From contig NZ_JAQYUU010000001.1 of the NCBI RefSeq assembly GCF_028728205.1, positions 421,318 to 485,317 of the forward strand: a stretch of DNA of 64,000 bases, given 5' to 3'. This document shows, piece after piece, positions 39,563 through 49,391 of the stretch. Every line of letters begins with the position of its first letter. The first letter of the stretch is position 1. The position numbers and the translations under genes were made by a program. This DNA is from Clostridium sp. 'White wine YQ' (GTDB taxonomy: Bacteria > Bacillota > Clostridia > Clostridiales > Clostridiaceae). The notes beneath the pieces were generated by a model. The model saw only the letters and a program-made list of their open reading frames with translations. It made no database searches and was not told the origin of the DNA.

Positions 39563-41998
39563 ATGAAGGTTAAACAAAAAACTTTTTCTGTAGTTATTTT
39601 AAGTTTTATCTTCATGTTTCTGGTAACATATGCTGTATTTTATCTAGCATATTATGGATTCATAGAGAAACATAAAAAAAATGAAATAGAAGAAAGCTTT
39701 CAAACGGTAGACTATATTTTAAGCAATGAAGAAGAAAATTTGAAAAGTTCGCTTTTAGATTGGGCCGTTTGGGATGATACCTATGAATTTATAAATAATA
39801 AAAATGACGATTATATAAAATCTAACTTAGACTTTAGCTCGCTAGTTACACTGAATTTGAAAATGATGATCTTTTTAGATGATAAAGGTAATTTGGTATA
39901 TAGTAAAGAAACTGGAATTGATAAAGAAGTAGCAGAAGAGTTGAGTAATGAAATTTTACTAAAGAATAAAGAGATAAAAGATATTGGAAGTACTAAAAGT
40001 CCATTGCTTTTAGTAAAAAATAAAGCTTTTCTAGTTGCAAAGTCAAAGGTTACAAAATCAGATGATTCAGCTGATAGTAACGGATACTTGATATTTATTA
40101 GAGAAATTGATAATAAATTATTAGATTACATTCAAAAAACAGCAAAGACATCACTCACATTTAATAATATAAGTATTTCAGAAGATAAATATTACAAGGA
40201 TTTCAAAAGTTTAAATAATGAAGTTAAGTACCAAAAAGATAAATCGAGTTTTGAGGCTTATAAAGTTGAAACTGACGTATATGGTGAAAAGACTATAATG
40301 TTTTCCATAGAAACAGAACAAACTGATTATCAAGAATATTATTTTAGTATTTTTGTAATAGGAATTATTCTACAGATTTTATTAGTATTTGTTATTGATT
40401 ATATAGTTATCGACAAGCAAATATTTAAAAGACTTTCTAAATTGACTGATTTTATAGAGTATGTGGCAAAAACAAAGGATACGAGTCTCAATATTCAACT
40501 TAGTGGAGAGGATGAGCTTAATCAGCTAGCTGACTCTACTAACAGGATGTTAATGGAATTAAATAATGCCTACAAGGATATTAAAGAGAGTGATAAAAGA
40601 TTTAGAATAATAATGGAAGCTACGAGTGATGGATATTTAGATTTCTATGTGAAAAGCAGAGAAGTTTATATTAGCCCAGAATGGAAAGAAGAAATAGGGT
40701 ACGAGGGCGAAAATGGAATTGAATTATTTAAAAGTTATGTCTCTAAAATTCACCCTGATTGCATTGATAGATTAAGGGAAAAGTTCTACAAAGTAATTAA
40801 AGGTGAAGAAGATAGTTTCACAGAGGAATTTAAAATTATAAAAGAGTCTGGTGATATAATTTGGGTATCACAAAGAGGAAAGGTTTCAGAGAAAGACTCA
40901 CATGGAAAGCCAATAAGGATAGTAAGCACTTTATCTAATATAACAGACAGAAAGAAATATGAAGAAGAAATATTATATTTAAGTTTTACTGATAAGCTTA
41001 CTGGAATTAAAAATAGAGCTTATATGGAAAAGGTCTTTAGTGAATTAGATTCTAACGAAGAAGCTAAATATTTCATTATAATGGGAGATTTAAATGGATT
41101 AAAGCTAGTAAATGATTCTTTTGGACATACAGAGGGAGATAAATTGATTTATGCTGCAAGCAAAATATTAAGGGAAGCATGCAGTACCCATGAGATTATC
41201 TCAAGATGGGGTGGAGATGAATTTATTATAGTCATTGTAGATAAAGATAGAAGTTATATTTCAAAATTAATTGATGACATAAAAATTGCATGCCTGAAAG
41301 AAACAGGATATAAATTTAATATTAGCATAGCCTTAGGATATGCCGAAAAAAATGATGAATATCCTAATACTGAAGCTGTAATGTGTTTAGCTGAAAAAAG
41401 AATGTATCGTAATAAGCTTATGGAGGATAAGAGCTCTAGAAATTCTACAATAAGTTCATTATTAAGGACATTACATGAAAAACATAGTGAAACAGAGCAG
41501 CATACCATGAGAATAAAGAAATTAAGTTTAAAGCTAGGAAAGAGATTAGGATTAAGTGAAGATAAATTGGATGAACTAGGATTACTAGCTCTATTACATG
41601 ATATTGGAAAGATAGGAATACCTGAGCAGATATTAATGAAGCCTTCATCCTTAACAAAAGAAGAGTTTGATATAATGAAGACCCATACAGAAATAGGATA
41701 TAGAATTGCTAAATCAACACCTGTACTAGCACATATTGCAGATGAAATACTAAATCACCATGAAAAATATGATGGTACAGGCTATCCTATAGGACTAAAA
41801 GGAGAAGAAATTCCTCTTTTAGCAAGGATAATAAACATTGTAGATTCCTTTGATGTAATGACTCATCAGAGAGTTTACAAGGAAGCATTAAGTGTTGAAT
41901 TTGCCATTGAGGAATTAAAAAGATGTTCAGGAAAACAGTTTGATCCATATATAGTGCAAGAGTTTATTGACTTAATAAATGAAAAGAAAATATACTAG
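39563..41998 (+). CDS. membrane-anchored PAS / GGDEF / HD-GYP signalling protein (putative c-di-GMP synthase and phosphodiesterase)
   Basis: RWGGDEFIIV (GGDEF), HDIGKIGIP and HHEKYDGTGYP (HD-GYP). GGGGAGTGA RBS supports the ATG at 39563; the track start at 39521 has no RBS. Confidence 0.8.
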   Translation: MKVKQKTFSVVILSFIFMFLVTYAVFYLAYYGFIEKHKKNEIEESFQTVDYILSNEEENLKSSLLDWAVWDDTYEFINNKNDDYIKSNLDFSSLVTLNLKMMIFLDDKGNLVYSKETGIDKEVAEELSNEILLKNKEIKDIGSTKSPLLLVKNKAFLVAKSKVTKSDDSADSNGYLIFIREIDNKLLDYIQKTAKTSLTFNNISISEDKYYKDFKSLNNEVKYQKDKSSFEAYKVETDVYGEKTIMFSIETEQTDYQEYYFSIFVIGIILQILLVFVIDYIVIDKQIFKRLSKLTDFIEYVAKTKDTSLNIQLSGEDELNQLADSTNRMLMELNNAYKDIKESDKRFRIIMEATSDGYLDFYVKSREVYISPEWKEEIGYEGENGIELFKSYVSKIHPDCIDRLREKFYKVIKGEEDSFTEEFKIIKESGDIIWVSQRGKVSEKDSHGKPIRIVSTLSNITDRKKYEEEILYLSFTDKLTGIKNRAYMEKVFSELDSNEEAKYFIIMGDLNGLKLVNDSFGHTEGDKLIYAASKILREACSTHEIISRWGGDEFIIVIVDKDRSYISKLIDDIKIACLKETGYKFNISIALGYAEKNDEYPNTEAVMCLAEKRMYRNKLMEDKSSRNSTISSLLRTLHEKHSETEQHTMRIKKLSLKLGKRLGLSEDKLDELGLLALLHDIGKIGIPEQILMKPSSLTKEEFDIMKTHTEIGYRIAKSTPVLAHIADEILNHHEKYDGTGYPIGLKGEEIPLLARIINIVDSFDVMTHQRVYKEALSVEFAIEELKRCSGKQFDPYIVQEFIDLINEKKIY

Positions 41999-42004
41999 TT
42001 TAGA

Positions 42005-42060
42005 AAGGATTATCTTAAAGTGAATTTATATTTACTTTGGGATAATCCTTAAAATTTTTA
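42005..42060 (+). terminator. hairpin terminator-like structure
   Basis: AAGGATTATC ... GATAATCCTT with an internal AAAGT/ACTTT pairing. Confidence 0.4.
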
Positions 42061-42171
42061 TATAAAATATGCATAATCACGAACTTTTACATAAATTTTA
42101 CTTTGCTATAATATAATTATATGGGAAAATATGGTAAAGTTTTCTTATAAAATTATGTAAGGGGATGGGTA

Positions 42172-45100
42172 ATGTTGAAAAGGGTTCTAAGGCAAAAAAA
42201 ATTAACAGCTTTATTTGTAGCAATGTTTGTTGTATTTTCACTATTCTCAAACGGCTTCGTAAGCATAGCTAAAGCAGCTACAGCTGAGAAAAATTTTGAC
42301 ATAATAGAGGTTACTGACTTTCATGGTACACTTTTAGATTCTAGTAATAATCAAGTTGCAGCAGTTCTAGGAGATAGGATAGAGAAAGTTCAAAACTCGA
42401 ATCCAGGAAGAACTCTTCTATTAGGGGGAGGAGATTTATATCAAGGATCTGCCATATCAAATATGCTTAAGGGAGTTCCAGTAGAGCAGGTATTTAGCAA
42501 ATTAGGAATGGAAGTAACTGCCTTAGGTAATCACGAGTTTGATTGGGGGATAGATACACTTAAGAATGTAACCATGAAGGGGGCAGGTTACTCAATAGTT
42601 TGTTCTAATGTTTATGATAAAACTACTGGAAAAAGAGCTTTTGATCCATACAAAATTATTGAGAAAGATGGTGTTAAGATTGCAGTTATTGGAGCAATCA
42701 CAGATACTACACCTACTATAATACTTCCAGCTTTTGGGGACAATTATAAGTTTACAGACGTTGCTACTGAAGTAAATTCTTTAGCAAAAGAAATAAAAGA
42801 TAAAAAGCTAGCAGATGTAACATTAGCTTTAATTCATGAAGGAGATAACTTAGATAATGCTACAGGGCCAATATTTGATATAGCAAATAGCTTATCAAAT
42901 GTAGATGCTGTTTTTGGAGGACACTCTCATTCAAAGGTATATGCAAATGCTTCAGTTACAAAAATTCCAGTGTATATTGCAAACTCAAGTGGTAAAGGAT
43001 TTATTGATGCAAAATTTAAAGTAACATCAGAAGGTAAGGTTGAGTTTAATACACCTAGTGCCGCAGACTATACAGCTTTAGATAATGCAAATGGATATAA
43101 AACAAGTAATCCAATAATAGATCAAAATATTAAAGCAATTGTAGATGATGCAAATACTAAAGTTGCACCAATATCATCAGAGGTTATAGGTAAAAATAGC
43201 GGAAGTATATTGAAAAGAACTCAAAGTGCAGAGCCATACGGATCATCATTTTTAGGGAAGTGGGCATCAGACGTAACAAGAAATGCAGTATCAGCTGATG
43301 TTGGAATTCAAAATAACGGAGGATTAAGAATAGATATTCCTACTGGAGATATAACAGTTGGAACTATGTGGCAGTTCATGCCTTTTGATAACACCGTATA
43401 TAAATTAACTATGAATAAAGCAGGCCTTAAATCAGTCTTAGAACAGGCAGTACAAGACGGAGGAAAAGGAATACAAGTATCTGGAATAAAGTTTTCTTAT
43501 AATTCTTCTAATGCTAGCGGAGAAAGAATAGTTAATATAACTAGAGAAGATGGTTCACCTATATCAGATAGCGAAGCGCTTACAGTTGCTGCTCCAGATT
43601 TCTTAGCTACTGGCGGTGATGGATTTACAAACTTTAAAAACTTAGGAGGAACCAATCCTGCAAATGATTCACACATTCTTGTTAGAGAGGCATTAATAAA
43701 TTGGTTAAGACAGCATAAGGCTAATGATCCAAGTATAACTACATCTACTGAAAATAGAATAATAAATGTTTCTGGTGAAAAAACTATTTCAGTTGTAGCC
43801 ACATCAGATATACATGGTAATGTCTACAATTATGATTATGCAACAGGTAAAGCTCCTTCAAAGCCACAAGGTTTAGCAAAGGTATCTACCTATGTTAAAG
43901 GACTTAGAGCTTCAAATTCAAATGTTATGCTTATAGATAATGGAGATACAATACAAGGAACTCCACTATCATATTACTATGATATGATTGATACTAAAAC
44001 AGAGTATCCTATGACTAAGGTTATGGGAGCTATGGGATATGATACTTGGACACTTGGAAATCATGAGTTCAATTATGGCTTAGATACATTAAATAGAATA
44101 ATTGGAGATGCAAGGAGCCATGACATTCACGTTTTATCTGCAAATACCTATAAAGACAATGGAAGTAACTTTGTAGATCCTTATTATATAAAGAGTTTTA
44201 ATGTAAATGGCAAGGAAATAAAGGTAGGTATACTAGGCTTAACTACTAAGTGCATACCAAATTGGGAAGATGCAGCACATTATAAAGGATTAAAATTTAA
44301 TGACTTAGTAGATGAAGCAAAAAAATGGGTACCTGAGGTAAGAGCAAAAGGAGCGGATATTGTTATAGTTGCTGCTCATAGTGGAGAAGAAAGTGCTTCA
44401 GATGTTATTCCAGAAAATGAAATAAAAGCTTTAGCTACAGGAGTTACTGGAATAGACGCAATAGTTGCAGGACATGCACACTCAACTTTAAATGATCTTA
44501 AATTAAAGAATCCAGAAGGAAAAGTTGTACCAGTAGTTGAACCTGGTAAATGGGCAAACAATGTTTCACAAATAGATATAAATATCGCAAGTAATGGTAG
44601 TCTAAATGGAATAAATACAAAAAATGTGCCAATGGATAATGCCATTGAAGAAGATCAAGTTATTAAGGATTTAGCACAGCCATACCAAGATACAACATTA
44701 AAGTATATTCAAACTGTACTTGGAACATCAACTGGGGAATTTAAAGGTGAAGGACAATTGGAAAAGCCAACTGCAATAATGGAACTAATAAATAAAGTAC
44801 AAAAAGAAGCAGCAGGAACTCAACTCTCAATTGCAGCACCATTAAGTGCATCAGCATATATACCAAAAGGAAATGTTACTATAAAAGATGTAATGTCAGT
44901 GTATGTATTTGAGAATTTCCTATATGGAGTAAAGATGAATGGAAAGCAACTGAAGGATTGGATGGAATATTCAGTAAGATACTACAAACAAGTATCAAAT
45001 GAAAATGACCCAATTACAAAAGACACAGTTTTAAATATTGCAGACTATAATTTAGATCAATTATATGGTGCAACTTATGATATAGATTTAACTGAACCAG

Positions 45101-45573
45101 CTTGTACAATTGACAAAGTTACAGATAGAGTAGTTTCAGGGAATAGAATTAAGAACTTAAAGATAAATGGAGTATCAGTTAAAGAAGATACAATATATAC
45201 AGTTGCCATCAATAATTATAGATACAATGGCGGTGGAGGCTTTATGAAAGCCGTTGGATTAAGTAGTACTGATCCAAGTATAGTAACCTATGATTCCTCA
45301 AAGGCATTAGGCGACGATGGACAAGTAAGAAGCTTGATGATGAGCTATATTCAAAATCATAAGACCATTTCTCCAGATTGTTCAAACAATTGGAAGGCAA
45401 GTACAAAGCCTGTTAGCATAATTGGAGATGTAGTTAATCCTTCAACTCCTAGTGAAAACTCAGATCTTCCTAAGACAGGTAGTGTAGTTAGTGCAGAAAG
45501 GCTTTTAGCATTTGGATTGGTATTAGCTGCAATAGGGTACGGATTACAACGTAAAAAGAAGAAAATAAGTTAA
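42172..45573 (+). CDS. LPXTG cell-wall-anchored tandem nucleotidase (two metallophosphoesterase plus 5-prime-nucleotidase C-terminal modules)
   Basis: Signal peptide; two copies of the GNHEFD metallophosphatase motif with downstream His blocks (GGHSHS, AGHAHS); C-terminal LPKTG, hydrophobic span, RKKKK. Confidence 0.85.
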   Translation: MLKRVLRQKKLTALFVAMFVVFSLFSNGFVSIAKAATAEKNFDIIEVTDFHGTLLDSSNNQVAAVLGDRIEKVQNSNPGRTLLLGGGDLYQGSAISNMLKGVPVEQVFSKLGMEVTALGNHEFDWGIDTLKNVTMKGAGYSIVCSNVYDKTTGKRAFDPYKIIEKDGVKIAVIGAITDTTPTIILPAFGDNYKFTDVATEVNSLAKEIKDKKLADVTLALIHEGDNLDNATGPIFDIANSLSNVDAVFGGHSHSKVYANASVTKIPVYIANSSGKGFIDAKFKVTSEGKVEFNTPSAADYTALDNANGYKTSNPIIDQNIKAIVDDANTKVAPISSEVIGKNSGSILKRTQSAEPYGSSFLGKWASDVTRNAVSADVGIQNNGGLRIDIPTGDITVGTMWQFMPFDNTVYKLTMNKAGLKSVLEQAVQDGGKGIQVSGIKFSYNSSNASGERIVNITREDGSPISDSEALTVAAPDFLATGGDGFTNFKNLGGTNPANDSHILVREALINWLRQHKANDPSITTSTENRIINVSGEKTISVVATSDIHGNVYNYDYATGKAPSKPQGLAKVSTYVKGLRASNSNVMLIDNGDTIQGTPLSYYYDMIDTKTEYPMTKVMGAMGYDTWTLGNHEFNYGLDTLNRIIGDARSHDIHVLSANTYKDNGSNFVDPYYIKSFNVNGKEIKVGILGLTTKCIPNWEDAAHYKGLKFNDLVDEAKKWVPEVRAKGADIVIVAAHSGEESASDVIPENEIKALATGVTGIDAIVAGHAHSTLNDLKLKNPEGKVVPVVEPGKWANNVSQIDINIASNGSLNGINTKNVPMDNAIEEDQVIKDLAQPYQDTTLKYIQTVLGTSTGEFKGEGQLEKPTAIMELINKVQKEAAGTQLSIAAPLSASAYIPKGNVTIKDVMSVYVFENFLYGVKMNGKQLKDWMEYSVRYYKQVSNENDPITKDTVLNIADYNLDQLYGATYDIDLTEPACTIDKVTDRVVSGNRIKNLKINGVSVKEDTIYTVAINNYRYNGGGGFMKAVGLSSTDPSIVTYDSSKALGDDGQVRSLMMSYIQNHKTISPDCSNNWKASTKPVSIIGDVVNPSTPSENSDLPKTGSVVSAERLLAFGLVLAAIGYGLQRKKKKIS

Positions 45574-45578
45574 TTAAA

Positions 45579-45622
45579 GGGACGGTTCTACACTTTTAAA
45601 GTGCAGAACCGTCCCCATTTTT
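45579..45622. terminator. bidirectional terminator
   Basis: GGGACGGTTCTaCAC ttttaaa GTGcAGAACCGTCCC CATTTTT. Confidence 0.7.
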
Positions 45623-45773
45623 ATCTGATATTAAAAATTAGCACTAGAGCTAACATTATAAGTCCTATTATTCGAGTTAATAAAACTGATCTTTTTATTC
45701 CAAGAAATGCATTTGTTTGAGGCGTAGCAAAAGGAAATAAAATGATTGTGAGTGCAGCACCTCCGCACATTAT

Positions 45774-46004
45774 TTATAAGCCTATTTTAGGCATGAAAGT
45801 AAGAGGAATACCTATAAATACAGAGAGCAATATACCTGTAACAAAAAACTTTAAATTCCTAGATACTTTTTGATAATAAGAAGTAGTTTTTTTCTCACAT
45901 TCATCACTGCATATAAGCATTTTATTTTCACCTAAATTTTCACTCTTTAAAGTAAGTTCTTTATAGCCATCACCATTTTTACCACACCAAATACATTTGT
46001 CCAT
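45774..46004 (-). CDS. zinc-ribbon (CxxC...CxxxC) small membrane protein
   Basis: CIWCGKNG...ICSDECEK then one TM helix. Its TAA stop is followed in frame by a further 49-codon ORF (45621-45770). Confidence 0.4.
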   Translation of the reverse strand: MDKCIWCGKNGDGYKELTLKSENLGENKMLICSDECEKKTTSYYQKVSRNLKFFVTGILLSVFIGIPLTFMPKIGL

Positions 46005-46040
46005 TTTAACATCTCCAAACTAATAAATATAATGCAGAAA

Positions 46041-46544
46041 TTATATTACATAAATCGAATCCAAATATTTTCTTCCTGTGGTTGTTTTTAAATACTTATC
46101 CTTAAAAGTTTCAATAGCTCGTCTATTCATGTTATCTTCGTAGGCATTAACTAGAAAATCAGCCTCAATAAGAATTTGTAGATCTAAGCCGTTTATTTTG
46201 CTATAACTATGATGGTTTCCTATTAAATAACAAACCCTATCTACTGTTTCTTCATCTAGATTTAAATCTTTAAGTAACTCTCTAGCTACTGGTGGACCCT
46301 CTATTTCTTGATAATTACCAGCTGAACTATTATATTTTCTTTCGCTTTCCTTAATGCCTATATCATGAAGAATAGAGGATATTTCAAGTATCAAAAGTTC
46401 GTTATTATTAAGTCCTTCTAATTCTCCAATATTTTTACTAAAACTGTAAACCTTAAGGGCATGATTTATTCTTCTAATGTCTTTTTCAAAATAGAAAATC
46501 ATTTTTTGTAATACTAAACTTGGAATATGTTCCATAAAAAACAC
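46041..46544 (-). CDS. HD-domain phosphohydrolase
   Basis: ILHDIGI...GNHH motifs; 167 aa. Confidence 0.65.
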   Translation of the reverse strand: MFFMEHIPSLVLQKMIFYFEKDIRRINHALKVYSFSKNIGELEGLNNNELLILEISSILHDIGIKESERKYNSSAGNYQEIEGPPVARELLKDLNLDEETVDRVCYLIGNHHSYSKINGLDLQILIEADFLVNAYEDNMNRRAIETFKDKYLKTTTGRKYLDSIYVI

Positions 46545-46856
46545 CTCTTAGTTAATTTATATAAATGTATTTTATCACTTAATTTATAGCTTGTTCAACT
46601 TATAGAAAAGATTGCCATCAAAATATATAAGATAATTGAGGATATTAATGAAAAATTATCAATAATTGTAGCATTGGAGGAGGAATTTTTAAATTTTGAA
46701 AAATTTATATTGTTTGAGACATGTTCATTTGTTAGAATATACATAGGTAATAAATAACCCAGCGGGACAATAAAGTGCCCGTTTGAAAAAATAGCCCTTT
46801 CGAATAACCTTTAATTTTAGGCTATAAATTCTAATTGTTAGGGAGGAGTAACAAAT

Positions 46857-47549
46857 ATGATGTATTCAAAAGAAGTTGAAGAAATGTGTGTAGTTGCTAA
46901 AGGCCCAAATCATGGACCAGCACCAATTCCTGTAGAAGGAAAATGGGTACAAGCTAAAGAAGTTACAGACATATCAGCATTAACTCACGGAGTAGGCTGG
47001 TGTGCACCACAACAAGGAGCTTGTAAATTAACTTTAAACGTTAAGGATGGAATTATTCAAGAAGCTTTAGTTGAAACTATAGGTTGTTCTGGAATGACTC
47101 ACTCAGCTGCTATGGCATCTGAAATATTACCAGGAAAAACTATATTAGAAGCATTAAATACAGACCTAGTTTGTGATGCTATCAATACAGCTATGAGAGA
47201 ATTATTCCTTCAAATCGTATACGGAAGATCTCAAAGTGCTTTCTCAGAAGGTGGACTTCCTATAGGAGCAGGTCTTGAAGACTTAGGAAAAGGATTAAGA
47301 AGCCAAGTTGGTACAATGTATGGAACTTTAGCTAAAGGCCCAAGATACTTAGAAATGGCTGAAGGATACGTAACTAACGTTGCTTTAGATACTGATAACC
47401 AAATCATTGGATATAAGTTCGTTAACTTAGGAAAAATGATGGAATCTGTAGCTAAGGGAGTAGATGCTCAAACAGCTTTAGAACAAGCAACAGGTCAATA
47501 TGGTAGATTTGATGATGCTGCTAAAGTAATAGACCCAAGACATGCATAA
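46857..47549 (+). CDS. IscU/NifU-like Fe-S scaffold-domain protein with a C-terminal extension
   Basis: GVGWCAPQQGACKLTLNVKDGIIQEALVETIGCSGMTHSAAMASEILPGKTILEAL aligns with the IscU block ...GDAM...KFETFGCGSAIASSS...KGKT.EEAL. Confidence 0.6.
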   Translation: MMYSKEVEEMCVVAKGPNHGPAPIPVEGKWVQAKEVTDISALTHGVGWCAPQQGACKLTLNVKDGIIQEALVETIGCSGMTHSAAMASEILPGKTILEALNTDLVCDAINTAMRELFLQIVYGRSQSAFSEGGLPIGAGLEDLGKGLRSQVGTMYGTLAKGPRYLEMAEGYVTNVALDTDNQIIGYKFVNLGKMMESVAKGVDAQTALEQATGQYGRFDDAAKVIDPRHA

Positions 47550-47576
47550 TTAAGTGGTTGAAGGAGGATAATTAAC

Positions 47577-48578
47577 ATGGCATTATTTGAAAGTTATGAA
47601 AGAAGAATAGGACAGATAACTCCAGTACTAGAAAAGTACGGAATTGCATCTATGGAAGAAGCAAGAAAGATTTGTCAAGATCTTGGATTTGATCCATACA
47701 CAATAGCAAAAGAAACTCAACCAATCGCATTTGAAAATGCTGGATGGGCTTATGTTTTAGGAGCTGCTATTGCTGTTAAAAAGGGAGCTAAAAAAGCTGC
47801 TGATGCTTCTACTGCTATAGGAGAAGGATTACAAGCATTCTGTATCCCAGGATCAGTTGCAGATGATAGAAAAGTTGGTTTAGGACACGGAAACTTAGGA
47901 GCTATGCTTTTAAGTGAAGAAACTAAATGTTTCGCATTCTTAGCTGGACACGAATCATTCGCAGCAGCTGAAGGTGCTATCAAAATAGCTGAAAAAGCTA
48001 ACAAAGTAAGAAAAGAACCATTAAGAGTTATATTAAACGGTCTTGGAAAAGATGCTGCTCAAATAATCTCTAGAATTAATGGATTCACATATGTTCAAAC
48101 TAAGTTTGATTACTACACTGGAGAATTAGCTATAGTTAAAGAAATAGCTTACTCAAACGGTCCAAGAGCTAAGGTTAGATGCTTTGGTGCTGACGACGTT
48201 AGAGAAGGTGTTGCTATAATGCATCATGAGGGAGTTGATGTTTCTATAACTGGTAACTCAACTAACCCAACAAGATTCCAACATCCAGTTGCTGGAACAT
48301 ACAAAAAAGAAATGGTTGATCTAGGAAAGAAATACTTCTCAGTTGCATCAGGTGGTGGTACTGGAAGAACTCTTCACCCAGATAACATGGCAGCAGGTCC
48401 AGCTTCTTATGGTATGACTGATACTATGGGAAGAATGCACTCTGATGCTCAATTCGCAGGATCTTCATCAGTTCCAGCTCACGTTGAAATGATGGGTCTT
48501 ATCGGAATGGGTAACAACCCAATGGTTGGAGCTACAGTTGCAGTAGCAGTTGCTATTGAAGAAGCTTTAAGCAAATAA
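47577..48578 (+). CDS. GGGtGRT-family protein (uncharacterised)
   Basis: Contains the family-defining SGGGTGRTLHP motif; 333 aa; 27-nt gap from the IscU-like gene. Confidence 0.7.
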   Translation: MALFESYERRIGQITPVLEKYGIASMEEARKICQDLGFDPYTIAKETQPIAFENAGWAYVLGAAIAVKKGAKKAADASTAIGEGLQAFCIPGSVADDRKVGLGHGNLGAMLLSEETKCFAFLAGHESFAAAEGAIKIAEKANKVRKEPLRVILNGLGKDAAQIISRINGFTYVQTKFDYYTGELAIVKEIAYSNGPRAKVRCFGADDVREGVAIMHHEGVDVSITGNSTNPTRFQHPVAGTYKKEMVDLGKKYFSVASGGGTGRTLHPDNMAAGPASYGMTDTMGRMHSDAQFAGSSSVPAHVEMMGLIGMGNNPMVGATVAVAVAIEEALSK

Positions 48579-48700
48579 TTTAATTAGTATAAATTAAGTT
48601 AAGAATACAAGACACGTTTTATTAGTGTAAAGCTAGTAAGACGTGTTTTTTTTTATGTTCCTAAAAGGGAAAATATGGGAGGGTGACGAAGTATATAAAT
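48534..48700 (+). repeat. repeat copy A: native 3-prime end of the GGGtGRT gene, its terminator and a conserved downstream segment
   Basis: ACAGTTGC..TATTGAAGAAGCTTTAAGCAAATAATTTAATTAG...ACAAGACACGTTTTATTAGTG..CTAGTAAGACGTGT T-run ATGTTCCTAAAAGGGAAAATATGGGAGGGTG; recurs at 50733, 52031, 55384. Confidence 0.8.
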
Positions 48701-48731
48701 TGGAGAATTATATTCTAAAAGGAAGAATAGT

Positions 48732-49226
48732 ATGATTGATAGGATTAAAAGTAAGATAATTGCTTTATTAGATGAGGATAGTTCAAAATTTCCACTTATA
48801 GTATATATAATTATACCGTTGTTGATGAGTTCAATAGCAAAAGTTATAGGTTATGACTCTATTTTTGTATTGATGATGAGTATAACTATTTTAACAGCAA
48901 TAAGTGCAATAATAGAAATCGTTAGAAAAAAGAAAAATATCAGGAATTTCACAATATATTCTATAATAACACTCCTTGGAATTTTGTGTAGTGTAATGAT
49001 AAAGCTGGGTGGATATTTTTTTGATTCAGGGAATACAACAGCTGGAGTAAATGTAATAAAAGTATTTTTGGGAATTATTTCTTTATTCGTTGATATAATA
49101 GGCATACTGTTTATTATAGATAAAGGAAATCCAGTAAATAAAAAAATAACTATAACATTTAGTATGATTATAATAAACGCAGTAACAATTCTTGCATTAA
49201 TTTTTTTGCCACCTAAGAATATGTAA
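48732..49226 (+). CDS. small polytopic membrane protein (164 aa), cassette 1
   Basis: Four predicted TM helices; starts 30 nt after repeat A. Confidence 0.5.
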   Translation: MIDRIKSKIIALLDEDSSKFPLIVYIIIPLLMSSIAKVIGYDSIFVLMMSITILTAISAIIEIVRKKKNIRNFTIYSIITLLGILCSVMIKLGGYFFDSGNTTAGVNVIKVFLGIISLFVDIIGILFIIDKGNPVNKKITITFSMIIINAVTILALIFLPPKNM

Positions 49227-49233
49227 GAATAAT

Positions 49234-49332
49234 CTTATGATACTCATAATTTTTTCGTATCATTAATAAACTTTTTTGCACTTTGTCTTTTCTTAATTAT
49301 TTATAGAATAGTTTATGAAGTGAAATGAAAAT
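49234..49332 (+). pseudogene. remnant of the 3-prime end of a paralog of the 51077-51452 membrane protein gene
   Basis: CTTTTTTGCACTTTGTCTTTTCtTAATTATTTATAGaATAGTtTATGAaGTgAAAtGAAAATgA is about 85% identical to 51388-51452. Confidence 0.55.
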
Positions 49333-49391
49333 GACTGATTTACTAGTAAGTAGATATTTATAAATAATATTAGGAATGGGGTAACTGAGAA

